In this document: one piece after another, positions 46,549 to 60,339 of the stretch
Layout: each line of letters begins with the position of its first letter
Numbering within the stretch: the stretch's first letter is position 1
NCBI GenBank assembly: GCA_000708835.1
Contig: DF237014.1
Span: 185,148-249,147, forward strand
Source: Klebsormidium nitens
Lineage: Eukaryota; Plantae; Klebsormidiophyceae
DNA: 64,000 bases
Direction of reading: 5' to 3'
The notes under the pieces: generated by a model
Seen by the model: only the letters and a program-made list of their open reading frames with translations
The model's database searches: none
What the model was told of the DNA's origin: nothing
Translations under genes and position numbers: made by a program

Positions 46549-49500
46549 TCAGAGCTCAGACAGTGCCCCAGCTGTCTAACATGGCAGGGCCAATCCCCCC
46601 CGCACTCCGACCCTACCCCACGACTTGATTGACTTCTTAGTTCCTAGAGTGCACAGCGGTAGCAGCAGCCTCGCCACCAGTCTTGCTCACCGGTCGACTG
46701 CTTCTTTTGGCCTCCACGAGGTGACGGCACCAGACCCCCACGACCAGTTCCGCGCCCACCCCCGCGCCCTGCTGCGCGGCCTGTCCCGCGTCCCTGGAAG
46801 ATAGAAGGAACGGTGGAATGAGACATGGAACTCCAAACGATGTGGGAGCTCTTAGCGTGCACCTAGCACCGTCACTAAGCCCAATGTGAGCCTCAGCCAC
46901 CCGCAAGCGTGTTTCAAATCGTCAGTCGTCGGGCCCCCTCTGCACGACACTGTGGCAGACTGCCCCGATGCACCTCACCTTGCCGCGTCCTGCCTTGTGC
47001 CCCTGTACGATTCTCTTGGCCACGTCCGCGGCTGCAGGCCCGGCGGAACTGGGCAATGCCGCCTGCGGCTCCGGCTTTGCGTGCAGCTTGACCAAGCTGA
47101 TGATCTTGCTCGAACCGCCTCCATCGCCGCCTGGGGCGGCACCTGGCCAATCAGAAGCACGCAGAGCAGGATGGTGAGGCCACGCGTAAAGGAGAAGGTT
47201 TCCATACCCGTTAATAGCAGGTCGTGCCGTGGCTTTCGCAGTCCGCCACTCTCGCCCCGCACAGGCTGGTGCCTTGCTCGCACCCGCAACACCGGGCGCA
47301 CGCCGCTGCTGGCTTGCCTCACCTGCCTCCCCTGCTGTGGCCGCCTCGGTGCCCGGGGCCTGTGATGTTTCGGCTACGCGTTTGTCAAGCTTGGCGCCTG
47401 CCTTGCGGACACCCTTGGGCTTGCTGTCTTGAGGGCCCGCCTTTGTTTCCACAACCTCGCTGGCGGCTCCATCCGTTTGCGTGCTCCCCTTTCCATTCCC
47501 GGCCTCGGCACCGCTGCCTGGCATATCCTCGACCGCTTTGGCATCTGCCGTGTTTGGGGGCTGCTCCTCGCCTGCTTCCGCTGCGGGCGCAGTCGCTGCC
47601 GTGCCCTGCTGCTCCCCGGCGCTCGGCTCCGGCCGTGTCCCCTCTCCCGTTCCTTGCTGCTCCTCCCCGGCTGGTGTCCCCGCTGCTTCTTGTCGCGCTG
47701 GCGGCGCCACCTCCTCACTGCCTGCCGTCGCCTGCCTTTCCTGCTCCTCGCTAGCTGGAGTGACTTCTGCTGCGCCCTGCTCGTCCGTTTCCCCCTGCTC
47801 CGGCTCCTCTGCGGCTGCGCCCGCCTCCCCGCCCTGCTCCTCCACTGTCTCCGCAGGCAGAGAACCGTCCCCGTCCCCACTTGCCCCCGCTGTCTCTCCT
47901 TCCTCCTCCTCCTGCTCAATCTCGCCCTCCTCCCTTCCCGCCAGGTCGACCTCCATGTCCCCGGCCTCGTCGCCCTCGTCCCTCGCCTGGCTCTCTTCCC
48001 CCTCGGCTGCGGCGTCCCCTTCCTCCCGGTACGGCTGCCGCTGCTCCTCCATGTCCCCGGGCTCCAGCTCCTGCGGCGCCACCTCTCCGCCGCCCAGCTC
48101 CGCGTCCTCGCCCGCCCCTTCCCCCGCTGCGTCTTCCTCCATCTTGTCTGCCTCCGCCTCCGCCACCAGCTCCTGCTTCTCCTCCTCTATCGCCGCCACT
48201 TCCGCACTCACTGCCGCCTGCTCCTCCGCAGCTGCCGCCTGCACCGCTGCCGCCACCTCCTGCTGCGCCACGGCCTCCACCCGCTCGCGCTGGCTCCCCG
48301 CCACTACGGCGCCCGGCCCCGGCCTGGCCAAGCTGGCCGCCACCGCCGCGCGCACCTCCTCTTGGGGCGACGCCTGCACCGGCACAAACGGCGCGGCGTC
48401 CATCCGCAGCCGCTTCCCTACTGGGGCGTCCTCCTGCGCGTCGCCCTCTCTCGGCCGGGCGCCCAGGGCCAGCACCGACGGCGTGGCGGGGGTGAGGCCG
48501 GGAGGGGGCGTCGCAATCGGCGGGGCCGGGGTGGGAGCTGCAGCGGCCCGGCTGGCAGGAACGCCGCTCATGGCCGCCAACGCAGCCTCCCTGGCTTTGC
48601 GTGAGGCCTCCGCCACGGTGCTGTCCTCTTCCCCTGCGCGTGCCCGCTTGTTGGATGCGGCCGCTTGCCCCTCCCTGCTGGGCGCGGGCCGCTTGGCGGG
48701 GCTGCCAGTGGTAGGCCCAACGGGCCGGGCTTCTGCAGGGGCGGCCTTCTGGGGAGCCGGCGAGGGAGCAGGGGGCAGGCCTGCCCGGTTCAGCTTTGCA
48801 ATGCGGCCGGGCAGCACTGCAGGCGGGGCGGCCGGGCTGCCTCTTGATGAGGCGCTCCTGGCGGCCAGCAGCTTCATGCGCAGGGAAGCCTCATGCTCGC
48901 CAGGGCCAGATGCTGCCGGGGGGAGGGCAACAGCTGCAGAAGAAACGAACAAGGAGGACGAGGTCAGCTGGCAGCGGGAGGGGAGTTGTTATCAGGCAGC
49001 CGACCTGCTCGCAGCTCACGTGGACGCAAACGTGCTCGTACCTCATCCACCCAATCCTACACTCCCGTGCTTGTGCTGCCTCCCTGTCTGCAACTCCAAT
49101 ACGTACCTTCTTTCTTTGCCGGCACTTCGGCTGGCACGGCTGCCGGCTCTGGCTCTGGCTCCTTGGTAGCGGCCTCGCTGGCGCCGGGTGCGGGGGTGGC
49201 ACCTGATGCTGGGGGTCCTTCCGGCGGCGGCGCCTCCTTGCACCCCTCCCCCTGTCCGGTGGGCGCCGCCATCTGCGCCAGCTCCGCCAGGTCGATGGCC
49301 GCCATCACCTGCTCCGCGGCCGCCCCGGCCTTCTCCTCCGCGCTGGCCCCTGCCGGAGGCCCCCCTTGGCCCGCTGCCGCCTCTGCCCCTGCCGCAGGGA
49401 CCTCCGGCGGCACCTCCTTGGGCTGCTCTACGCTCTTCTCCTCGGGCGCCTTGGCAGGCCGCGCAGATGCCGCAGCCGGCGTGGGTGGCGGCACTGGCTT

Positions 49501-52500
49501 CTTGCGCGGCGCAGCCTGGGCTGGGGCGGCAGGCGGGGCCGCCGCCTTGTCTGCTCCTTCCGGCTCCATCTCTGCTTCCACCGCTGGGGCCGGGCTCTCC
49601 CGAGCTGCAGCGGGGGCGCCCTCCAGGGCCTCCAGGCGTGCCGCCAGGCTGGCCCTCTCCTTCTCCTTGATGGCCAGGATGTTGGCCAGCTTCTTGTTGT
49701 CGGTGGCGGCGGAGAGGCGTCGCTTCTTCTCCGCCTGCAGGTTCTTCTCCGCCTCCTGCACCACCACCGGCAGCAGTGCGTAAGGCAGCTGGCCACCCGG
49801 CGTATGGTCACAGCAGGGCAGGACTCATTGCCGAGATGCGCAGCATGCATGCGAAGTGGCTAATAGAAATTAACAATGCGCTGTTCCTGCCGTCGTTCGC
49901 CATCCGCTCCTCCCTCTCTATCCTTCCCTGGCCAGCGGCTCACCTTCTGTGCCACCCCTGCCTTCTGCGCTGCAATCTCCGCATGCTTGAGCCGCATTTC
50001 CAGCTCGGCCACGGCCTGCTTCTCTGCTGCCTCCCCCGCTGTACTGCTCGCCTCTTTGCGGGCCTCCTCTGCTGCTCTCTTGGCGCCTGCGGCCTCCTGC
50101 TTGGCCGCCTCCTCTGCTGTCTTGGCCGCCGCCGCCTCCTGCTGCACCCGCTCCACCTCCTTGCGCGCCGCCTCGAGCTCCCTCTTGGCCGCCTCCACGT
50201 CCTTTCTCGCCGCCTCCGCGTCCTTTCTCGCCGCCTCCACATCTTTGCGCGCCGCCTCCGTCTCTTTCCTGCTGTCCTCCGCCGCAGCTTTGGCCGCCTC
50301 CAGCTCCTTCTTGGCCTCGTCCGCTGGCCCCCGCTTCTGCCAGCGGTTCAGGCCGGCCCCCCCTTCCGCAGCCTTTAGCTTGGCCTCCAGATCCGCCACC
50401 TGCTGCTCCAGCGCAGCGCGCGCCTCCTTGCTGTCGTCGTTGTTCCTCTGCCACCACCACAGAACGGCGCCCGTCAAAGCTGCCTCCCAGCAAACCCTCG
50501 ATCTGACCACAGCCTCTGGTGCTCTGCCTCAGTAACCGTACCAGGCCGACAAGGCAGGACAGCCAAACAGAGAGCAGACGCATTTCCGTGCAGAGTCGAA
50601 GTTGATGACCGGGCACCCATGATGTGGAGCACACTCGCCGCCTCTGTCATCGTGCTGCGCGTGCGTGGTGGTGGCTCACCCGCAGCGTGGCCCTGTAGCG
50701 CCGCAGGTCCTCCTCCTTCTTGCCCGCCACGTCCTCCAGCTGCGCCTGCAGCTGCGCCACCTCCTGCCGCGCCGCCTGCGCCTCCGCTGCGGCGCCGCTG
50801 GTCGCCTCGTTGGCCTGCCGCAGCTGACCCTGCGCATGCGCCAGCTCCTCCACGATGCGCGCGTGCTCTGCAGGGTCCACCGCCTCAAACTTCTTGGTCA
50901 GCTGCACACACACAAGGCCACCACGCGCCGCCAGTCAGATGGCGGCAGCCCGGCGGTGGGGGCAGAATCCTGCCTGGACTGTGTACTTCCCAAACCTGCA
51001 CCTGTGTCGAAAAAAAGCAAGGCTTTGGCAGCCTTGAGACATACGAAAGCGACATCCCTCTGTGCCCGTGCCTTGAACTAGCTTCCCTCACACAACTCTG
51101 CACCCTCCCCAGCCTGCCTGCTCTCCTCCCTGTGCTCTCACCTGATCTGCGCGGGCCTTCCACCGCTGGGCCTCCTGCTGGGCAAGGTCCCTCTCCCGCG
51201 CAGCTCCGTCCACTGCGGCCTCCTTCTCGTGGAGGGCGCTCTTCAGGGCCCCCACCGCCCCCTCCAACTCGCTGGCCTGGCTGCGCCAGCGGCCCGCCTC
51301 GCGCAGGTTGGCAGCTGCCTCCTCGCGCAGCGCGCTGTTGCTCTCGCGCAGCAGGTTCAGCTGGTCCACCTGCACGCGCGCCACGGCCAAGTTCGCAACC
51401 TCAGGCACCATGCGGGCAGCGGGACGACTTCCAGCACCCTAGTACACCAAACGCACGATGAAGACTACATCCCGTGGGCAGCCCGGGTCTGGTGAAGGTC
51501 GGCGGGCGGGCGGGCGGTGGTACCTGTGCGAGGAGGGCGCGGTGCTCCTGCTGCTGCTGCAGGCCGCGGTACGCCTTGTCCGCCATCACGGCCAGCTCCG
51601 CCCTCGCCTCCTCCGCCGCTTTGCTGGCCTGCTCCGCCTGGCTGCGCCAGCGCGCCCCCTCCTGCTGCGCCAGCGCCAGCGCCGTCTCCACCTGCGCCCA
51701 CATGCCCGACTACGACTCAGCCCAGCCTCCCCGGTACCAGAAAAGGGTCCGCCTCAAAGCATCGGCAACATCAAGATACTCTCCGGCCACCTTCGAGCCT
51801 GTGGCACAACCACTGCTCGCTGCTGATGCACCCGCAGGCAGGGAGACTCTGCCCGACCGTCAAAGAGCCGTGCCCGGCTGCCTCACCGTCTCTTTCTCCC
51901 GCCGCAGGTAGCGCAGCACGCCCTGGATGTCCTCCTCCTCGGCCGCGCCCGGCCCCAGCCCGGGGCGGGGCGACGAAGGGGCCGTTGGGTGCTGCGCCTC
52001 CAGGCGGTCCAGCAGGAGGCGGTTCTGGGCCTCCAGCTGCGCCGCCTTGCGCACCGCCTCCGCTTCCCGCGCCTCCAGCGAAGACTTCTCCGCAGCCCAG
52101 GCAGCCTCGCAGGACGCCTGGGGGAAGTGACGCACACGTCAGGATGGCTTGCCAGGTGTGACGGCTTCACTGCTTCTGCCGACGGGAGATGCTCATCAGC
52201 ACAACACTCCTTTCTAAAGACTTGGTGGCTTCCCAGGTATTCTTTTGCGGCAGAATACTAGTGCAGACTAGCGTGCGCAAAGCTGTGCATCCCACCTTGA
52301 GCTGTTCGGCTGCCTCTGCGCGGCTCTGAGCAGTTCGGGCCCCCTCCTCCGCAGCGTGCAGCTTAGCAGCGGCCTCGTTCTGGGCGCGGATGGACTCCGC
52401 CTGCACCAGCACCTGCACCGCAACGCCACGCCCATCAGCCAGAGGGCCGTGCTTGGAGATGCCGTGCACCAGATCCCCAATAGAGGGACCTCAACGACTC

Positions 52501-55500
52501 AATGAATACTGATACAATCGCCAGTTGTCAAACATAAAGGAAACAACCTTCCCACAAGCTCTCCCGTCTCGTATGCCGCTCACAGGATTTTTGCTCAACT
52601 CTGTTGACGATGTTGACCGCGTCGAATACTTTTCGTCAGAAATTCGCAAGGCCCGTCGAAGAGGACTGACGGTGTCGATGGAAAGATTCGAACGTCCCAT
52701 TCAAGGCGTTGTCCATCAGAGGAGAGCTCCGTCGATTTCGATGAGTCCACATACGGGCTTTCGACTTCTGTTATTTCTGTAGATTTTGCCGAGATTGTGA
52801 CACTCGACTGTCGGTCAAAAGACGGGGAAAAGACACTGCGAACGACCCATTATTTCTCTTCGTTTCCCACTGACCGGGTGGTCCATCGACGCCATCGAGA
52901 CAGAACCAGGTGCGAACAGTTAGCCTATGAGGCCCCCCCTCCGCTCTGCCTCCTGCAGGTGCGGCCTACTGACCTGCTGCTCGTAGTGCGCCTGTGCGCG
53001 CGCATACTCCCGGCGCGTCCTCTCCCCGTCTTCCTTGAGCGCCCCCACCCTGGCCTGCGCCTCCTGCAGCGCCCCCCGCAGCGCCGCCACTTCGTCTCTC
53101 TCCGCCTGCCTTTCCCGCTCTGCCGCCTCCCCCTGCGCGGCCGCTGCCTCCTGGGCCTGCTGCGCCGCAATCTGCAGCGCCGCCACCTCGCCCTCTAGGT
53201 CCGCCACCCTCGCGCGCAGCCCCTCTGCCTCCGCCTCAGCCGCGGCTTGCGCCTGCTCCGCCGCCTCGCGGAACTGGCGATGCTCCTGGGCGGCCTGCTC
53301 CAGCGTCGCCTCGTTGGTGGCGGCAATGGCCTTGTACTGCTCTACATGACGCTGCGCTGCCTCTAAATCCTCTCTGACGTTGCGCACCTGCATGCGCGCC
53401 TTCTCCAGCTCCGCCAGCGCCAGCGCCTCTCGATCCGACTCGTTGCTAGGGGTACCCACCTCCCCGCGAATTGCCGCTCGCAGCTGACGACACAAAATGC
53501 GCAGGTCAGCACCTCGAACCGCTCCGGCCAACTGCCTTGTCAACGCATTTGCACCTTGGCCGCGTGCACACACACTCGAAGTCGGATCTCCTCTGCAAGT
53601 ATTACTAAGCACACCATGCTTGCGTCTCAAAAATGCTGATGTGCATCTGGCGCATGGAAGCCCCTGTAGCTCGAAGCACGTCTGATCAGTCTGGAAGTCA
53701 GGTCAGCGCCTGTCGCTCACCTTGCTGTCTGCCTGCTGCAGCTGCTCCTCCAGCGCTGTCACCCTGGCCTGTGCCGCTGCGTGCTGAGCGCTCCCCTCCG
53801 CTGCAGCCTTCTTGGCAGCCTCTGCAGCCCCTTCTGCCGCCGCCACCCGCTGCGCCGCCTCTTGCGCGGCCTGGTCGCGGGCCAGGGTCAGGGCGCGGCA
53901 CCGCTGCCGCTCCCCCTCAACCTCCTCACGCGCGTCGCGCCACTCATGCTGCAACCGAGCAGCCGCAGGAATTAATCTACAGACTCGGCAACCATTTGAA
54001 TTCAACCATTTGCGGCTGAGCAGGAGGCACAGCTCTCTTGTGCCGCCCGCTTCCGCAAGCGGTGTGCCTACCTGCAGCCTCTGCAGCTCCTCCAGCAGGC
54101 GCTTCCGCTCCTCGCCCGCAGCCTCCGCCTGGGCGTCCAGCCGCGTGCGGGTGGCCTCCAGCGCGGCCTGCGCCGCATGCATCTTCTGGGACAGGCCGCG
54201 GGCCTCCTCCGACACACGCGCCTCGGCATCGGCCAGCAGGCTCTTCTCCTTCTCCAGAATGGCCACCTGCGCCACCCACCACCGCGCTCAGCACAGCATG
54301 GCCGCGGTGACCCAAGGGGGCCCCGAGAGGCTGCATACTGACAGGCTTCCCCAGACAAAAGAATTGGGCCACTCCAGCAACTTGCAAGCTTGTCCTCCCC
54401 AGCATGTCGCAGTTTCCAGCCTCCGCATTGAGCGGGGCCTCACCTGTATCTCCAGAGTGCGCAGTGCATCCTGAGCATCCTGCCGCGCGTGGTCGCTCGC
54501 GCGCAGCTGGGCCTGGAACTGCTGCACGCTGGCCGCAAACTCCAGGTTGCGCTGCCGCAGCCCCTCCAGCTCCAGCGCCTGCCCCTGGAATTGGCCCTCC
54601 AGCATGCGGTACCGCTCACGCTCAAACTCCAGTGCGGACTCGGCCCGCCGCTGCGCCTGCTCCGCATCCAGGACCGCCTTCCTGCGCAGCCGCAGCACGC
54701 GATGTCACAAGGGGGCGTGCAGCCAGGCAAGGAGCCAAGAGACACTGTCCAGGCGGGGGGGAGCACACCAATCTTGCCGACAGGACTACTCTGGCAGCCA
54801 GGTGTACTTGGCTGCCAGGGGGCCCCACCAGACTAGTGTATTGCCCACCTCTTGGCATCCATCTCATTGAGCAGCTGATTCTTCTCCCGCTCTGCCGCCA
54901 GCTGCGCATCCTCCAGTGCCTTCTGCGCTCTCTGTGCCACAGCCAGCTGGTCCGCCCCCTCCCCGTCCTCGCAGTCAGCCCCTGTGCTAGGCCCAGTCGG
55001 GCGCCTCTCTGCAGCACGCCACAGCCGCTCAAATGCGGCCGCCTGCGAATCAGAGCTGGGGTCAGGACTGGTCCTCATCCCTTCTTTCCCTTGAGCCTCA
55101 CCCCCCCAGCACAGAATGCATGCTGAACATAGCCGTGTGCATATTGTACCATGTCTGTAAATCAAGCACGACCCCCCTTTATACCTATTGTCTGTCGAAT
55201 GCACTGTCTGCAGAAATGTAAGGCCATGCTTCCCGAGCCTTCTCAAGACTTGGCAGCCCCTGCATACTGTTCTAGCCAAGAAGCGCGACCAGCTCATTCT
55301 TAATAGTATCTGCCAGTCCATAAGACAGTCCCTCGCGCCCCTCCTCACAACAAAGCGATACCAGTGGAACAGTGGACTTTGGCACACGCTCCACCTTGCA
55401 GGACATGCCCCAGTGTTGCGCAGTCAGGCAGCCTAACCTGTTTCTTGACGAGGGCGATGGCCTCATCTCGCACTTGCAGATGGCGCCGAATCTCCTCCAC

Positions 55501-58500
55501 CTGCTGTGTAGCACGCAGGTAGGCCGCGTCCACCTCAGCCTTGGCGGCCTCCTGCAACCAGCATGCTCCCGCAAGTGAGAGGAGAGGGCATGTAGATGGA
55601 GGAAGGCACATGCGATGCACCTGAGAAGGTCAGGAGTCTCTGAACGGAAGACCCCAAGCTCTCCAGCTTGCGCCTTGCAAGGGTCCATACGAGGTCCGCA
55701 GTTCTCTGTATCCATGCAAAGGCCTCCTCTAGGCATCTCCCGGGGCCACGCCGAGCCCCTCCGCATCTCCCCCACCATGGGTGCCTGACCTGGACTGCCT
55801 GCTTCTCGGCGTCGTGCTCCTCCTGCAGCGCCTCGTAGCGCAGCTTCACCTGCCCGTACTTGGTCACCAGCTCCGCAATGTCTTGGAAGTCCCACTCCCC
55901 TGCCTGCGGGGGCGTGCGGGGGCGCGCCACCTCCCCTCCCCCACTGCCCGCCAGCCGCCCCTCGTGCTGGCCCTCCCAAGTGAGCAGGGCAACCTGCACG
56001 ACCGCCAAGCAGCACGGGGCAGCTTAGGCGAGCGCACCCGAACATTCTCCATCCAACGATTATTTCACCACATTTCGGACTCATGTGCTTGCTGCAAAGG
56101 GCAAAACATCTCAGCTGCACGCTCGCGCGCGCGCACCTCTCTCTCGAGATCGGCCACCTGGCGCTCGAGGCCGTGCTTCTCCCTGCTGCTGCGATTGAGC
56201 TGCGCCTGCAGCTCCGCCACCTGGGACTGCACTCCCCGCTCGCGCGCTGCGGCGTCCGTGTGCTTTTGGAGCAGCGTCTGGTATGATGCCTCCAGGCTGC
56301 GGAACGTCGCTGCGCACCACCACTGATCGCCGCTCAGGACCAAACCCGCACAGCCAGGCAGACTGCCAGTGTTCAGCGCAGCAAGAGCACAACGTGGATC
56401 CAACTCCTTGAAGCAAGCGTCCGAGGATGCTGTCATTGCAAGCGGGTCAACAGAAGGGCGAACGTGGACGCGGTGTCACCTTGCTCGGTGGCGAGGGCAG
56501 GCAGGCGCTCGTTGATCTCTGCCACCAGCTGCACCGGAGAGGGGGGAACACGGCGATGGTCACTCAGGGGCACATGCGCAGGTTTTATCAAGGTATGGGG
56601 GCAGAATCATGAATCTGTTGCTGTGGCATTGGAGGCTGGGCAAGGCAATCACTAAGATAGGCTGGTGAAACATGCGCGCTTGCTCCACCACCACTAGTTT
56701 GGAACCCCACACGAAACATGTGGTGGTGGCAGCGCAACAATCGCGCTAGTGGCCCTCACCATGTCGTACTCACGCTCCACACGCGCACGCTCCTGCCGCT
56801 CATGCCGGAAGGCGTCAGCCGCCTCCTGGTAGCGCGCGTACATCTCTGTCAACTGCACATGCCCACCCGCTGTATCAGCGCCTGTTGCTGAGCGACCGCG
56901 CGCAGCCACCACCTGGTTGCCCACTCTAGGTTGTGGCCTCTTTGTCGGGTATGCAATGGGTGAAGAGGCAGGTACAGATGAGGTGAGCACTCCTGATCAT
57001 TAGATGAAGCCTGCTTGAGAATGCCTGCGGGAGGCCATGGCGAGGGGGCTGCCTGCTCACCGTGACCCCGTCCTTGATGAGCGCCGCTCCCAGGGCCATT
57101 GGGGACAGCTGCAGCAGCTGGCGGGGCTCGCCACCCTCGGCGCGCAGGTCCAGGGCTAGGCGCGGGAAGCCATCCCTGCAATGGCCTAGAGTCAGGACGC
57201 AGCAGCGGCCACTTCAAGAGGCGGCCACTTCCTTCCAATCCAAGCTGAGCAACTCTTCCTCCAGGCATTGAGCGAGCATGCCTGAAGCATCAGTTCTCAA
57301 GGACAAAGACGCCTCATACCCTGTCTGCCCGAATGTGGCCACGGTGAGTGTGTCTGGGGTGCGTGGCTGGCGCACGGCGTCCCGGGCCCCCTGCAGCTCC
57401 TGCTCCAGCTTGGCCTGGGCAATCCGCGCAGCGGCAGCCTCCGACTCGCGCGAGGCAATCTCCTGAGCCAGCCGTGCATCGTATTCTGCTTTCTGTTGGG
57501 ACAAGGCTTCCTGCACGAGCAAGAAGCACGGCTGAGCCACCCCGCCTAGGCATGACAGCAACGCACATGCAGGCAGAAAACAGGACGGCCTTTCAGCCGG
57601 GCTGCAACGTGATCAGCCTTGCACTCTAGCTGCGCAGAAATCTGTTCATTTTATCAGCAGCCCCTGGTGTGTGCTTAAAGCTTGGTTCATAGCCCTTGGC
57701 GAAGCCTCACCTCGATGGCTGCAGCGACCCCCTTGAGTTCCGTGAACTTGGCCTCTACATCCTGGCGGCTTTCCTTGTAGAGCTGCGCCAGCTTATGCGC
57801 CTGCAGTCACCCAACAACTTCATCAGCACCACCGCACGCAACAAGCAATGACACACGAGTCCCTTGGGGCCCTGGACAGATGGGGCTCTTTAGCCCTTTG
57901 AGCTGCATAGGATACGAGCCCCTTGCAATGAGCCATGGATCAGAGGTCCAACTCAAGTTGCTGCCACATGTGTGACCATCCTGCATTGCTTATTGCGCTG
58001 CCCCTTGCATGCTCACCGTCTGAAGCTCTTCATTGAAGTGCCGCTCGCGCTCGCTGGCCGCATCAGCCGACTCGCGCTGCTTGCGCTGTGCCTGCTCCAG
58101 TTGGCCTTCCAGCGCCGCCACGCGCTCCCTGGCCCGCTCCGCTGCGCTGCTGCTGTCGCTGCCGCTCTTCTCTGCAGCGGCCAGCTTGTTGGCCAATTCC
58201 GTCTCGCGCTCCGCCGCCGCCTGGCGCTCCTGGGCCAGCGCACCAGCCTTGCCTGCCAGCTCGCGCGACAACCATGCATTGTGCTGCTCCAGCAGCTCCT
58301 TCTCCTACAAGTCACACATGAGAACATGTTGGCATTTTGGCAGGCCAAGAGCCTGCTTGGGGCATGCGCCTGGACAACTGCTCAACCGACTAGATGAGCA
58401 ATGAGTGCTGGATGTTAGTGTACGCCCTCAGCAAAGGAATGACAATCTTGCCTGCGTCAAGCGTGCATTGCCAGCCTGAACCCGCTGGCGCTCTTCCTCG

Positions 58501-59310
58501 GCTGCCCGAACTTTGCCGTCCAAAACAGCACGGGTGTCAGTGAGCGCCACCTAGAGACAGCAGAGAAAGTGTGAGAACAAAACCTGAGCCAAAGAGTGTT
58601 GGGCCTGGTGTAGATTGCCTGGTGCAGATTGCACGAGCAATTTGGACATGCAATGCTCTGACAATGCCCAAATGGATCACCACCTCTGTGATAAGGAAAA
58701 GGGGGCATCCCACAGAGCCTCACAATCTTGTCCAGGTATGCCTTGATGGTGGCGTCCTTTTCCTGGAGCTCCTGGTTCTTCTGCTCCAGGAGGCTCCGCA
58801 GGCTGCGCCCCCCTGCCTGCTGCTCCGACAGCTCTAAACGCACTCGCTCTGCTTCGCCCTCAGCGCTGACCTGCGCACCAGCCCAGGAGCAAAACTCAAG
58901 CAGCAGCCGAAGCAGACCAGAACTAGGGCGGCAACAGCAACTTAGGTCCAGCGCGCAAAGCAAGCAGTTGTCGAGGGCTGGGAGTGCGCATGCCCAGCGC
59001 GCACCTTGTTGAGCTGTTCCTGGTGGGCGCGCGCTCTTGCTTGCGCCAGCTCTGCGGAGGCCTCTGCCAGGCCTGCCTGCAGGCGCCGCTGCTCCGCTTC
59101 CAGCTGGCCATACTCCTCCGCTAGCGCCAGGTATCGCTGTTCCAGCTGCGCGCACGTCTGCTCCCGCACAATAGCCTCGCCCTCCGCCTGGGCGCGTAGC
59201 TTCTCAGCCTCGTACTGCAGCCCAGCCACCACCTCATCACAGCGCGCAACCAGCGCAGCAGGGTTGTCCCGCAAACCCTGGAACTCTATATCTGAAATAA
59301 ACTGCGGCAT
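46549..59310 (-). CDS. NUA: Nuclear pore anchor NUA / TPR / Mlp1 (long coiled-coil nuclear basket protein), many exons
   Basis: N-terminus 'MPQFISDIEFQGLRDNPAALVARCDE...REQTCAQLEQRYLAL' and 'LLEQKNQELQEKDATIKAYLDKIV' match plant NUA. Also 'VLRYLRREKE' and 'QVDQLNLLRESNSALREE'. An acidic disordered tail and an RGG-rich end follow. The exact stop is uncertain (46549 via a short terminal exon, or ~46644). Confidence 0.92.
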
Positions 59311-59867
59311 GGTGGAGACCGACAGGAAATACCCTGCCGATCAGAGCCCTCTGAGGTTTTACAGCTAGGCAGAGTGCACCAAGCATTTCAAGGTGAATGC
59401 AGCATGGGCCAACTCCTGATTTCCGTCCTCCTTCAGGCGCCTCTTCAGAAATTCTGCCCCTCTCCTCCAGGGATGCGTGAACTGTACGTGAATGAATGCG
59501 ATCTCTCCCTTCGGGACCTCCTAATAGGTACTTTTAACATATTCGTAGAAAAGCTTGCAAGTGGTTACGGTAGAGCGCCGGCAGTGACAACTCAGAGTTG
59601 GGCCAAATGGTCGTGAGCTCAATTCGCGAGTGTAGCACGGTCGAACTTTTCATGGTGTTGTTGCTGATCGCGTTAATAGCATGGATTAATTAGCAATCCG
59701 GTTCTCTAGCCAGTCCAGCTGAGGAGGCCGGTACGCCGTATGCTCTACTATGCTCAATTGTGCAAATGATGTTGAAACGGTAGAACGGTACCGTATCAAG
59801 GGTAACCCATTCTTGAATGGACTTAGGAATGCACGAGTTTGCAGGAGTTTCCTCGGACTCTCGGAGT

Positions 59868-59896
59868 ATTGTAGTATTGTAGTATTGTAGTATTGT
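59868..59896. repeat. Microsatellite-like (AGTATTGT)n, ~3.5 units
   Basis: gagtattgtagtattgtagtattgtagtattgt. Confidence 0.75.
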
Positions 59897-60224
59897 TCCA
59901 TTTCACAACCGGCCGTTCTTCCGGTACTGAGGTAAACAGGTCTCGGGTAATGAGGATATTCTAGAAGAGTTAGAAGCAACCCTAAGAAAGATGAGAAAGA
60001 TGAGAAAGATCCAAACTTGGTTGTGGTACTAAAGAAGATAGTCAACAGCGTCACAGTGGAGGATGTTTGATCGGGGTTTGATCATTAACGGCGCTAGCCT
60101 TCCGAGCCCATTGCGAGCTACGCGCTCGCGGGTCGCGCGGACTTGTGTCGTCAACGCGCAGTGCGGCCGCGAATTAATCCCCGAGCCAGTTCCTCCGTTG
60201 GATGGCCGGATCCGGTTGATCTCC

Positions 60225-60339
60225 AAAACGGGCATACTGTCTGAGTCTATGCATGTGCACTTGAAAACGGGCATACTGTCAGAGTCTATGCATGTGCACT
60301 TCAAAACGGGCATACTGTCTGAGTCTATGCATGTGCACT
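60225..60339. repeat. 39-bp minisatellite x3
   Basis: AAAACGGGCATACTGTCWGAGTCTATGCATGTGCACTTS at 60225, 60264 and 60303, head-to-tail with no spacers. Confidence 0.92.

Noticed and set aside
47481-49783. Long plus-strand ORFs (562, 391 and 296 aa)
   Set aside because: They are antisense shadows of the GC-rich NUA exons, with Ser/Ala low complexity and no domains.
60225-60339. Possible CRISPR array
   Set aside because: The repeats are head-to-tail with no unique spacers, there are no cas genes, and the context is eukaryotic.
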